DNA of 48,054 nt from a virus (taxonomy: Duplodnaviria; Caudoviricetes). The notes under the pieces were generated by a model, which worked only from the letters and a program-made list of their open reading frames with translations, was not told the origin of the DNA and searched no databases. The position numbers and the translations under genes are program-made. Each line of letters opens with the position of its first letter. Within the stretch, counting starts at the first letter, position 1. The stretch spans positions 1-48,054 of the IMG/VR virus record IMGVR_UViG_3300031953_000029; one strand, 5' to 3'. Shown in pieces: positions 27,286-35,964 of this stretch.

Positions 27286-27491
27286 TGCAGAGGCACCACC
27301 GAACATTCGCGGATCGTTCGGTTCATTTTACCGAAGTCATTAATTATCTCTTCATCGGGGATTTCAAGTGGGGTGTTAGTAAACCCTCGGAACCACCCCA
27401 TAAATTCTTCTTTGCTTCTGGAGGGAAGGACCATAAGAAACGTCCGGTCTTCATCGTGATACCATCCAAAATACTTAAAGCTCATATTCAA
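27282..27491 (-). CDS. Hypothetical protein
   Basis: AGGAGG SD; AT-richer; ATGA coupling. Confidence 0.55.
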   Translation of the reverse strand: MNMSFKYFGWYHDEDRTFLMVLPSRSKEEFMGWFRGFTNTPLEIPDEEIINDFGKMNRTIRECSVVPLQ

Positions 27492-27540
27492 TCCTCCTAT
27501 AGTTGAGACCCGCCCGGTTAGGGGCGGGCCGTTGGTGTCG

Positions 27541-28428
27541 CTAGGCTACGTAACCCGCCGTCTTGAGCGTGTCGAGCGTCCAGCCAGCGGCTTCCCACTG
27601 GGCCACGGTCTTACCGTCCGGCCATGCGGCCAGCGCGGCGGGGGTCAATGTTGGGCCTACTGGCACGGGGGCAGGTGGGGCCATGTGGCCACTGTAGGGG
27701 GCCGGGGCGCTAGTAGGGGATGCAATCGGCTGCGGCGCAACTGGTGTAGGTGCGGGCGCAGCGGCAGTAGGGGCGTCATCACCGAACATGGCGTCACCAC
27801 TCTTGGCAGTGCCCGAGTGGATTTCCTCGCCAAAGCCGACCAGTTCGACGCCCTGGACGTTGACGTAAATACCGGGAGACTGGAGGTTATCGTTCGACTT
27901 GGCGTCACCGAACGCACGGTAAAAATACCCCTTCTTGCAGATCGCCGCGTCCTGCGGGCCAAGTTGAATGAGGGGGCCATTTGTGCCCGGTGGGATCGTG
28001 ACACCCTGAAGGGCCGGATGGTTCGGGTTGGCCTGTGCGAGGATGGCGGCACGGACGTACACCTGTGGCGGGAACCCATTGGTCATACGGAGGACTATCT
28101 GACCGGCCTTGGCGGGGTTCTTGTCGGACAGGGGCTTACCGTACTTGTCCACGCCGTCGCCATCGTAGAACTTCCACGAGAAGTCCTTGACCGCTGCGGG
28201 CACAATGTTCTTGGGCGCCCAACCTGCCGTCGCTTCGGCGCGGAGCTTGGCTTCCAGTTCGGACCAACCGGCGTCCGTCTTGGCAGCTGCCAGACCGACA
28301 TAGTATTCTGAACGGGGCGAACCGTCCTTGTTGGTCAGTGGCTCCTTGGTTTCCCAGTTGGTCGTGTTGGGGGTGAAAACATCGCCTTCAATGAGGCGCA
28401 TTACGGGCGTGCGAAATTCGATGGGCAT
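27541..28428 (-). CDS. Single-stranded DNA-binding protein (DUF2815-like) with Pro/Ala-rich tail
   Basis: FSWK..DGD and PGIYVN...V.L...G.EI motifs; between nuclease and polymerase. Confidence 0.7.
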   Translation of the reverse strand: MPIEFRTPVMRLIEGDVFTPNTTNWETKEPLTNKDGSPRSEYYVGLAAAKTDAGWSELEAKLRAEATAGWAPKNIVPAAVKDFSWKFYDGDGVDKYGKPLSDKNPAKAGQIVLRMTNGFPPQVYVRAAILAQANPNHPALQGVTIPPGTNGPLIQLGPQDAAICKKGYFYRAFGDAKSNDNLQSPGIYVNVQGVELVGFGEEIHSGTAKSGDAMFGDDAPTAAAPAPTPVAPQPIASPTSAPAPYSGHMAPPAPVPVGPTLTPAALAAWPDGKTVAQWEAAGWTLDTLKTAGYVA

Positions 28429-28432
28429 TTGG

Positions 28433-28597
28433 TTACTTCCCGAGCTTGCGTGCGAAGTTGATGAAGTACCCGGCATTCTCAACCGGGGATGGGCTTGTTT
28501 CCGCCGAAGGGTGGCCGTCCGATTCCTTAATCCAGAGGCGGAAAATCTCAACGATGTCCTCTTCGGACAGTTCATAGACGAGGCGAGTTTTGGCCAT
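28433..28597 (-). CDS. Small hypothetical protein (54 aa)
   Basis: MAKTRLVYELSEEDIV...; GGAG SD; fills operon gap. Confidence 0.5.
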   Translation of the reverse strand: MAKTRLVYELSEEDIVEIFRLWIKESDGHPSAETSPSPVENAGYFINFARKLGK

Positions 28598-28601
28598 AGT
28601 G

Positions 28602-28892
28602 TCAGGCTCCAGTGTCGGGGGTTACTTCACGGGCTTCGTAGGTCAACCACGACTCCCGCTCTTCGTAGAAAATTTCAAGGGCGGTTTCTTCATCCACGCC
28701 CTCGGTTTCCTGAATTTCCATTGTGTCGCGTAGGCCGTTACTGCCCACGTACGATTCGTAGATTCCGCATGACATCTGGAACGCTTCTTCTTGGGCCTCA
28801 TCGAATGTCTCAGCATCCGAATCTTCCCAATCGGCATTTTTCAGCCCGCCGAAACCTCCTGCTAGGGCGGCTCGTATCTGGTATCGGGTCAC
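28602..28892 (-). CDS. Acidic hypothetical protein
   Basis: AAGGAG SD; L.GGFGG and YESY.G..GLR motifs. Confidence 0.6.
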   Translation of the reverse strand: MTRYQIRAALAGGFGGLKNADWEDSDAETFDEAQEEAFQMSCGIYESYVGSNGLRDTMEIQETEGVDEETALEIFYEERESWLTYEAREVTPDTGA

Positions 28893-28896
28893 ACTC

Positions 28897-30006
28897 TCAC
28901 TCCTTTTCAAATGCCGCAACTACGCGGCTCTTATCGAGGGGGACCAACTTGACCTCCCCCTTAGGCTTGAACGAATAGCCCGCTTTGACCTCTGGGTCAA
29001 GACCTAATTTAACGGCCTGTGCGGGCGTGATGGCCTCGGCGGGCTTGCGTAGGTCAAGACCCATCGCATCACCCAGTGCGAACACCTCCTCGGTACCCAC
29101 GGACCATTTTTCCCGCCCGTACCCCTGTTCCGTCACGTAGCCGGTTCCTGGGCCTGCCACAGTCACGTACTCTTCCAGTGCTGTCACACGGGCCTTGAGG
29201 TACTTTTGGGCCTCAGTGAGCCAACGCAGTTCCAACCCGGCCAGTACGGGCGTGGGTGCGTCTGCCGTAGTCTGCATTACTACCGTTTCGATCTGGTTTA
29301 CCGCACGGAAAAAGGCGTCACACCCGAGCCGACCGGAGCATTTGAAGCAGTGTGTTCCCGTAACCGCCGCAGCGTTCGGACTGACCAACTTTGCCGCCAT
29401 GTGCAGGGTGCGCACCCGTGCGGCATGTTCGGCACCCGTGAGCCGGTGGGTCCGCAACTGGCCTTCGGGTCCGTAGTACCCTGGCTGATGGATGGTCATG
29501 ACGACATCAAACGCACCAGGGGCTAGACCTTCAGCCTCAATGACCCCTTGCGCATAGTCGATCATCTGCCAGTTGTCGACCTCGGAGACGTACCCGTGAC
29601 CGTACTTGTAGTCCCAGATGTAGATGGTCCTCCCGGTATGATCCACAAGTGACGCATCGCACGTACCCCAATTGTCCGTTGGGTGCACGGCGGTCATGTG
29701 GAACCGTTGCTCGACGTACAGCCCGCCACCTGAGACGAGCCGTTGGGCACCTATGTCCGTGGCTAGCTCCTCAGCCGCGTACTGCATGTCACGGTCCGTC
29801 GGCGTGCCATCCGGGTCTAGCGTGCCGACGGGGTGCGTACGCCCCGCCAGTAGCTCCGATAGAACCCAGTGGGCCGCTGTGCCCTCACGGGTCGCGTCGG
29901 TGTCCTCTTGAGGGTAAGCGGCCTCCATACTGGGAGACCGCCCGCATTGTACCCACTTCTCAGCGGACGAAGGGGCTAGGGGTGCGTGTTGTGGCTCACT
30001 GGTCAC
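28897..30006 (-). CDS. PD-(D/E)xK exonuclease (DUF2800/Cas4-like)
   Basis: H..L.PSS...W..C, EGT.AH, GT.D, DYKYG and C..C.....C motifs. Confidence 0.85.
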   Translation of the reverse strand: MTSEPQHAPLAPSSAEKWVQCGRSPSMEAAYPQEDTDATREGTAAHWVLSELLAGRTHPVGTLDPDGTPTDRDMQYAAEELATDIGAQRLVSGGGLYVEQRFHMTAVHPTDNWGTCDASLVDHTGRTIYIWDYKYGHGYVSEVDNWQMIDYAQGVIEAEGLAPGAFDVVMTIHQPGYYGPEGQLRTHRLTGAEHAARVRTLHMAAKLVSPNAAAVTGTHCFKCSGRLGCDAFFRAVNQIETVVMQTTADAPTPVLAGLELRWLTEAQKYLKARVTALEEYVTVAGPGTGYVTEQGYGREKWSVGTEEVFALGDAMGLDLRKPAEAITPAQAVKLGLDPEVKAGYSFKPKGEVKLVPLDKSRVVAAFEKE

Positions 30007-30293
30007 GGCAACTCCCCCGTGTCTACAAAAGTCTGAAGAATGGGGATCAAATCTGCGACCTGATCTCGGGAGAGGTGCATTCGGTTGTTTGCTATAAATG
30101 ATACGCCCATGGGCTCCCCGCGCGTTTCGATATTTTCCCAGCCTTTGTATGGTGTAAACTTTTTAAGACCGATCTCACGTGCCCCGAGCCAGATGCAATC
30201 CTCCGTGGCGAGGGATGATTTTTGTACGGAACATTCCGTGTCGTTGTAGTCTTTAAAGGTCTCGTACTTGAAGCCCCGTTCCGTTACGGTCAC
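30003..30293 (-). CDS. Hypothetical phage protein
   Basis: CS.QKSSLA...CIWLG...RMHL pattern; coupled operon. Confidence 0.7.
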   Translation of the reverse strand: MTVTERGFKYETFKDYNDTECSVQKSSLATEDCIWLGAREIGLKKFTPYKGWENIETRGEPMGVSFIANNRMHLSRDQVADLIPILQTFVDTGELP

Positions 30294-31084
30294 GCCACCA
30301 CCTCACCGAGCAGGGCCATGAACGCAACCCGGCGCTCCCCATTATCCGGGCCGTTCAGCCCCATCGTGCTTTCCCCGGCACCGACCGCCGCACACAGTTC
30401 CTTCACCTTGGCCGTGTCGATCTTGCCGTCCTTTTGGGCCGCTGTGATCGCTTTCATAACGTCGAGGAATGAGGGGGCGTACACGGGTGGAATCGGGCTG
30501 TCAGGAAGCGTTACACTACCGTCAGGGTGTTCGACTGCAATTGGCGCGGGGGGAGCCGGTGGGGCCGACACGACAAACTGTTCAGCTTCCACGCTGACCG
30601 TACGTTCCCCAGTTTCGGGGTTCTCAGTCACGGTCATTCCAGCGCCGTCGGTTGCGGCAATACTCGCCACTTCCGCAATGTGTTCCTCTACACTTTCATC
30701 GGCAAGTGTGACCGGCTGTGCCGCCTCACGCCCCGCACGAACCGCCGCGATCTGTTCGGCAGTCACGCCGCGCTTGGCCCGCCACGTTCCGTCCTGGTTG
30801 GGCTTCGGTGGGGTCGAGTGGATGCGGGGGTCGTGGGGTTCGCCCTGCGAGTCGACAGACTGCACGGTAAGAGCGGGCGTACGTTCAGTCTGATCGTCGG
30901 TGATAGTTTCGCCCGTAAGGGTCCAGCCCTCGGCCTGCGTCTGAGCGATACGTTCCCCAACTTCCGTCATTGCCACGGGATCAACCGGGCGTGGGGTTAG
31001 TGCCGTACTGCCCCCGAGTCCGGTGAGCATGGCCCGGACTGCCGCAGCCTCGGTGGGGTTCGTGGGGTCAAATTCGATGCGCAT
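30290..31084 (-). CDS. Hypothetical replication-module protein
   Basis: AAGGAG SD; D.RIHS...DG.WR.KR motif; first gene of leftward replication operon. Confidence 0.7.
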   Translation of the reverse strand: MRIEFDPTNPTEAAAVRAMLTGLGGSTALTPRPVDPVAMTEVGERIAQTQAEGWTLTGETITDDQTERTPALTVQSVDSQGEPHDPRIHSTPPKPNQDGTWRAKRGVTAEQIAAVRAGREAAQPVTLADESVEEHIAEVASIAATDGAGMTVTENPETGERTVSVEAEQFVVSAPPAPPAPIAVEHPDGSVTLPDSPIPPVYAPSFLDVMKAITAAQKDGKIDTAKVKELCAAVGAGESTMGLNGPDNGERRVAFMALLGEVVA

Positions 31085-31102
31085 TATTTGTGTCTCCTTG
31101 TG

Positions 31103-31144
31103 TTGACAGCGGCTAGGGGTAACGTATAGTGACAGGCAAGTCAA
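31103..31144. promoter_or_regulatory. Face-to-face promoters of the two replication arms, sharing one operator
   Basis: Rightward TTGACA-N16-TATAGT; leftward TTGACT from 31144; operator 31130-31143. Confidence 0.7.
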
Positions 31145-31163
31145 CACTCATCTGGAGGGAAAT

Positions 31164-31355
31164 ATGAAGCTACGGTGTAAGATGTTCGGACATGTCCGCT
31201 ATAAAGGTTGGTGGGGTGACGGCCTGTACGGGAAGGTTTTTCAGACAGGGCGAGACGGAACGGGGCGCACCCATGCGTACATCACCGCCGAATGTGATCG
31301 TTGCGGGGAAACGTACGTTCTGGCCCGTTTTCACCCTAGTGAATTGGACCGCTAA
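31164..31355 (+). CDS. Small Cys/His (zinc-binding) protein
   Basis: C...GH and C.RCG motifs; GGAGG SD. Confidence 0.65.
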   Translation: MKLRCKMFGHVRYKGWWGDGLYGKVFQTGRDGTGRTHAYITAECDRCGETYVLARFHPSELDR

Positions 31356-31357
31356 CC

Positions 31358-33046
31358 GTGGAGTTACGTTACTACCAATCTGACCTACTGAACTCCGTAA
31401 GTGAACAGTGGGCCGCAGGTCGCCGCAACGTAGCTGTCATGGCCCCCACGGGCGCAGGCAAGACTTTGGTCATTGCCGAGGCGATCCGTCGGCACGCGGG
31501 GACCTCATGCGCCATCGCCCATCGGGATAATCTGGTCATTCAGATAGCAATGGCCCTTGCAGCGCAGGGGGTCCGTCACCGCATTATCGCGTCCCAAAAG
31601 ACCCAACGGGCCGCAGCGGCACTTCAGGCCCGTAAGCTCGGCAAGGTATGGATTGACCCCGGCGCTAAGTGCGCTGTGGCATCTGCACAAACTCTGGTCA
31701 AGCGTACCGAACTCACCAAGTGGGCTGCGTCTATTACTCTGTGGGTAACGGACGAAGGTCATCATTTGACGAAGGGGTCAGTATGGGGTCGCTGTGTCGA
31801 TCTGTTCACGCACCCCGAGTGCAATGGTATGATCCCGAGCGCTACTATGGGCCGCGCGGACGGTAAGGGTCTAGGCTCGCACCATGACGGATATGCGGAC
31901 GTTCTGGTCGCGCTGGTCGAGGACGGTGACAAATTGGCCGTACGGGTAGCTATGCCCCAAGAGTCCATCACGTGCGCACCGGCCCGCGTCCTGATGGACC
32001 AGGGGTTCCTCACGCGCTACAAGGTCGCCATCGCCAAGACACACCTTGAGCATTATTTGGGCGCGGTCGGGCCGTCGGGTGACTGGACCCCCGCCGAGCA
32101 GAAGAAAGCCGCAGCTGCCGTCAACATGGTTGGCGACGTGGTGGAGAGCTACAAGCAATTTGCTGCCGGATTGACCGCTATTGTGTTCGCACGGGACGTA
32201 GAGGAAGCGGGCAATATTGCTAAGGCGTACCGTACGGAGGATATTACCGCCGAGGTCCTGACGGGCGATACGGACCCAGCTGTCCGCATGTCTATCTTTG
32301 CCCGGTTGGAGAGTGGGGCGCTCAAGATTGTCGTCGCGGTAGATGTCATCTCGGAGGGTACGGATATTCCCGCCGTGGGGGCAATTATATTTGCTAGGGC
32401 TACGGCCTCGCTGGGCCTATTCTTGCAGATGGTCGGGCGTGGGTTGCGTCTGGCACCCGGCAAGGAGTTCTGTATCCTCATTGACCATGTGGGTAACGTA
32501 CTGCGCCATCGGGGCGGACCGGACACACCGCGCACGTGGTCCCTATCCCGTAGGGACAAGAAGGCGAGCGCGGTCCGTGATGCCATTCCGTTGCGCGTGT
32601 GCCTTGAGATTGACTGTATGCAGCCGTACGAGAAGCATCTGGACGCCTGCCCGTATTGTGGCGCACCGACCCCCGAACCGGAGAAGCGCGGACCCCCCGA
32701 GGTCGTGGAGGGCGTGCTGTCCCTGATGGACGATGAGACCCTGGCTCGGTTGCGGGGAGAGACGCCAAAGTCGGTCGAGGAGTTCAGCCGGGAGATATAC
32801 GCCAGTGGACTGCCCGGACGGTTCGCGGGGGCCAATGTCAAGCGCCACAAGGAGCGGCTGGATACGCTCGATGCGCTACGGGACGCGATGGCCGTGTGGG
32901 CGGGTCCGTACCATGCGGCGGGTGAGAGCGACACGGAGATACAGCGCAGGTGGTGGCTGACTTACGGGTGTGACGTGATGACGGCCCAAACATTATCGCG
33001 CGAGGACGCAGAAAAGCTATTGACGCGCGTGTCAGATGCTATATAA
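31358..33046 (+). CDS. SF2 DExH helicase with C-terminal zinc ribbon
   Basis: LR.YQ, APTGAGKT, DEGHH, SAT, EGTD.P and Q.VGRGLR motifs; CPYCG. Confidence 0.92.
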   Translation: MELRYYQSDLLNSVSEQWAAGRRNVAVMAPTGAGKTLVIAEAIRRHAGTSCAIAHRDNLVIQIAMALAAQGVRHRIIASQKTQRAAAALQARKLGKVWIDPGAKCAVASAQTLVKRTELTKWAASITLWVTDEGHHLTKGSVWGRCVDLFTHPECNGMIPSATMGRADGKGLGSHHDGYADVLVALVEDGDKLAVRVAMPQESITCAPARVLMDQGFLTRYKVAIAKTHLEHYLGAVGPSGDWTPAEQKKAAAAVNMVGDVVESYKQFAAGLTAIVFARDVEEAGNIAKAYRTEDITAEVLTGDTDPAVRMSIFARLESGALKIVVAVDVISEGTDIPAVGAIIFARATASLGLFLQMVGRGLRLAPGKEFCILIDHVGNVLRHRGGPDTPRTWSLSRRDKKASAVRDAIPLRVCLEIDCMQPYEKHLDACPYCGAPTPEPEKRGPPEVVEGVLSLMDDETLARLRGETPKSVEEFSREIYASGLPGRFAGANVKRHKERLDTLDALRDAMAVWAGPYHAAGESDTEIQRRWWLTYGCDVMTAQTLSREDAEKLLTRVSDAI

Positions 33047-33047
33047 G
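33020..33047 (+). promoter_or_regulatory. Rightward promoter with operator
   Basis: TTGACG-N16-TATAAG; operator 33021-33034; followed by conserved 24-bp leader. Confidence 0.7.
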
Positions 33048-33073
33048 TAGGGACAACGAAACGGAGATACCAA

Positions 33074-33235
33074 ATGTTTGAAATCAACCTGAACGATCAG
33101 ACCGTAGCAATCAAGGCTTGGTTCGATGACGAGACCAACGAATGGTTGGCTAGCAAGTCCATCAATGGCCATATCGTGGCTATCGTTGAGGGGTTCGGCA
33201 CTAAGGAAGAAGCCGAGGAGGCCGTCCGTGGCTAG
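33074..33235 (+). CDS. Small acidic hypothetical protein (53 aa)
   Basis: GGAG SD within the conserved leader; MFEINLNDQ... Confidence 0.6.
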   Translation: MFEINLNDQTVAIKAWFDDETNEWLASKSINGHIVAIVEGFGTKEEAEEAVRG

Positions 33236-33385
33236 TAAGGACTGGTGGGAAGCAGTGAAGCTCTATCGTGAGAAACGGTGGGGCTTTGCTAGTCGGAAAC
33301 TATACCTTGAACATCTGGCCAAGGGTGACCCAGAGCGAAAAGACGTTCAAGTGGGAATATCACTACTCACTAAGGATAGGTACAA

Positions 33386-33610
33386 ATGAACACAGGTATT
33401 CGCTACGCTCCTCTGTCGCGCAGAATCGTTCTTGCCCGATTTGGCAAAGACCCGCACGTTGCGTTAGAGACCAAGGATGCCATGAGTGAGTTTTGGAAAA
33501 CACTCGTGCAATATGCGTTCGACGGAGAGACTCCTAAAGTCGGCCAGACGGCCGAGGTTTCATTCGGCGGGGGTGGTGAACAGTTCACTCTGACGGTGAC
33601 GCGCGGATGA
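33386..33610 (+). CDS. Hypothetical protein
   Basis: ATGA-coupled; I...PLS.RI...R motif. Confidence 0.6.
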   Translation: MNTGIRYAPLSRRIVLARFGKDPHVALETKDAMSEFWKTLVQYAFDGETPKVGQTAEVSFGGGGEQFTLTVTRG

Positions 33611-34026
33611 CTGACCCCCTTACCCAATGGGAGCAGGCGCACCCCACCGCTGCACGTGCCCTATGGTCCCTACTGACCCCCACGAGCCCAGAGCCCCCCG
33701 GTGCTGGCAGTGAGGCACGGGTCCAGAGTGCCGTACGGTTGGAAGCTGCCAGCAAGGGCTATTGGCTCGGACGGAACAACTCCGGCGCGCTACTGGACCA
33801 ACGGGGCGTCCCGGTCAGGTTTGGCCTTGGTAATGAGTCGGCCCGCGTGAATGCTGTGATGAAGAGTGCCGACTTGATCGGTATCGGCCCCAGCGGTCAG
33901 TTTGTGTCGGTCGAGGTTAAGCGGCCCGGGGGGGTGATACATCCCGCACAGCACGCATGGGCCGCACTGGTGAATAAGCGGGGCGGTTTGGGCCTCATTG
34001 TGGATAGGGAAGGAATGTTGCCGTGA
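33607..34026 (+). CDS. VRR-NUC-like nuclease
   Basis: E..VQ, RNNSG, S.DLIGI and EVKRP.....Q..W motifs. Confidence 0.8.
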   Translation: MTDPLTQWEQAHPTAARALWSLLTPTSPEPPGAGSEARVQSAVRLEAASKGYWLGRNNSGALLDQRGVPVRFGLGNESARVNAVMKSADLIGIGPSGQFVSVEVKRPGGVIHPAQHAWAALVNKRGGLGLIVDREGMLP

Positions 34027-34280
34027 ATGAGACTCAGGTACTAGCTAATGAAATGATGAACATAGCCCGGCAGGTCGGAGAGCCAGACGACCCATTCGCC
34101 GCATGGGAAACTGTTGACCTACTCTTGCGCCGCTCCAAGAAGTGCGAAGAGCTAGAAGCTGCCAATACCGCACTCATGACCGAGCTCGCCAATCTGATCG
34201 CCACGAAGCGTGATCAGTTGGACGCACTGACCGCCGAACGGGACATGTGGCGCGCTCGGGCCCTGCGGGGTGCGCAATGA
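34023..34280 (+). CDS. Hypothetical coiled-coil protein
   Basis: Coupled operon. Confidence 0.55.
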   Translation: MNETQVLANEMMNIARQVGEPDDPFAAWETVDLLLRRSKKCEELEAANTALMTELANLIATKRDQLDALTAERDMWRARALRGAQ

Positions 34281-34624
34281 CGACCCTCCCCAGTTGGGCC
34301 GTTCCGGGTCGCAAGGTTGTGTGTGTCAAGGTACCAAGCGGAAAGATGACCGACACCACTGGTAGAGTACGACCAGTCTCTCACTGGGGATACGAGTTCC
34401 CTGTCGTCAAAGAGGTGTATACGATTCGAGAGGCGTTCATCGTTTCAGAAGGGGCGGGGTTGTACCTACGTGAGATCAGGAACGATCACGCACCGAATGC
34501 GGGCGGCAGGGAGTGCGGCTTCCCGTTGCAGATTTTCCGTCCCGTCGTCACGCTCGAAGAGGACATGTTGACTTTCAGGTCACTACTCAATACGGTCCCC
34601 GCTACCAAGGAGCTAACGCAATGA
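34277..34624 (+). CDS. Hypothetical protein
   Basis: G.KVVCV...YTIR...FRP pattern; coupled operon. Confidence 0.6.
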   Translation: MTTLPSWAVPGRKVVCVKVPSGKMTDTTGRVRPVSHWGYEFPVVKEVYTIREAFIVSEGAGLYLREIRNDHAPNAGGRECGFPLQIFRPVVTLEEDMLTFRSLLNTVPATKELTQ

Positions 34625-34854
34625 GACGCACAATTACATGCGAAACGGCTGTTGACGTGACTATCGACCAGATGGCCGAGTGGTTCTCTGAAATGGACGA
34701 CGCGGAGCAAGTTAATTTCTTGAACGCCGCTGTCAAACACATGGATCGTTGGCCTCTTCAGTGGGACGCTATCTCCCGTAAACTAGACGAACCTGAGAAC
34801 CACCCTACCCGCGCTATCCTACGCGCCCTGACGGAGACTATTAATGTCGAATGA
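34621..34854 (+). CDS. Hypothetical protein
   Basis: AAGGAG SD; ATGA coupling. Confidence 0.55.
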   Translation: MRRTITCETAVDVTIDQMAEWFSEMDDAEQVNFLNAAVKHMDRWPLQWDAISRKLDEPENHPTRAILRALTETINVE

Positions 34855-35116
34855 TACCAATCGTGGCGCAGGCATCCTCGCCGCAGCCGTAACCCTCGCT
34901 CGCGAAACCCATTACCACCGTGTCTCACGGGCCGATGTTGCCCAGCGGGCAGGGTGTGGCGCAGGGACCGTCAATCTCTATTTTGGCGACATGGAGGGCC
35001 TCCGTGATGCGGTAGTGGCCGAGGCGGTCCGACTGGGCGATACGGACATTATTGCACAGGCTATTGTGAGCAAGCACCCGGCCGTAGCGGGCAAGCGCGT
35101 GCAGGTTATAGGTTAG
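34844..35116 (+). CDS. TetR-like HTH transcriptional regulator
   Basis: IL.AA..LA......VSRADVAQRAGC..GTV..YF...L. Confidence 0.75.
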   Translation: MSNDTNRGAGILAAAVTLARETHYHRVSRADVAQRAGCGAGTVNLYFGDMEGLRDAVVAEAVRLGDTDIIAQAIVSKHPAVAGKRVQVIG

Positions 35117-35142
35117 GCCCTCACGGGTAGAGGGGCGGACTA

Positions 35143-35964
35143 ATGAACGTCGTATCACTTTTCGACGGGATTTCGTGCGGGCAATTGGCGCTTCGCAAGG
35201 CGGGAATTCCGGTCACTACATACTTTGCGTCCGAGGTGGATAAGAATGCCATAAAGGTCACACAGCACAATTTCCCCGACACGATTCAACTTGGTGATGT
35301 GACGGCCCTTGATGGAACGATGCTGGCCGGTGCGGACCTGTTGATCGGTGGGAGTCCGTGCCAGGGTTTCTCATCAGCTGGTCTAGGTTTGAACTTTGAG
35401 GACCCACGTTCTGCACTGTTTTTTGAGTTTGTACGGCTGCGTGACGAGATTGGCCCGAAGTACTTCCTACTCGAAAACGTCAACATGAAAGCCGAACACC
35501 GAGACGTCATAACCCAATTCCTCGGCGTGGAACCAATACGAATAAATTCTTCCGATTTTGTCCCCGCCCTACGCGACCGCTGGTATTGGACAAACATCCC
35601 CATTGAACCGTGGGTGCCGAATGGGTCAATCCTGGCCGACGTTCTGGAAGACGGGTTCGTTGACAGAGAAAAGTCGCGTCGGAAGTTAGTTTTCATGAAG
35701 CAGCTACCGCACGGGTGGAACAAAGGCTTTGAACAAGAGACTGAGAAGGCTCCGACACTTACTACATCGGGGTGGCAGCATAATAATTTCGTCTCGCGCG
35801 ACAAGGTAAAGTGGCGCAAATTAACCCCACGTGAGTGTGAGCGCTTGCAGGGCGTACCGGACGATTACACGGCTTGCGTATCCGACACCGCCCGCTATCA
35901 TGCGCTCGGCAATGGATGGACGGTTGATGTGATCGCGCATATTTTTAAGGGGCTAGCCGCATGA
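35143..35964 (+). CDS. C5-cytosine DNA methyltransferase
   Basis: SLFDG, GGSPCQ, ENV, R.R..W, LTP.ECERLQG and GNGW motifs. Confidence 0.92.
   Translation: MNVVSLFDGISCGQLALRKAGIPVTTYFASEVDKNAIKVTQHNFPDTIQLGDVTALDGTMLAGADLLIGGSPCQGFSSAGLGLNFEDPRSALFFEFVRLRDEIGPKYFLLENVNMKAEHRDVITQFLGVEPIRINSSDFVPALRDRWYWTNIPIEPWVPNGSILADVLEDGFVDREKSRRKLVFMKQLPHGWNKGFEQETEKAPTLTTSGWQHNNFVSRDKVKWRKLTPRECERLQGVPDDYTACVSDTARYHALGNGWTVDVIAHIFKGLAA

Noticed and set aside
28897-30006. CRISPR-associated Cas4 or a CRISPR array
   Set aside because: It is a stand-alone phage replication nuclease, and no repeat-spacer array was seen anywhere.
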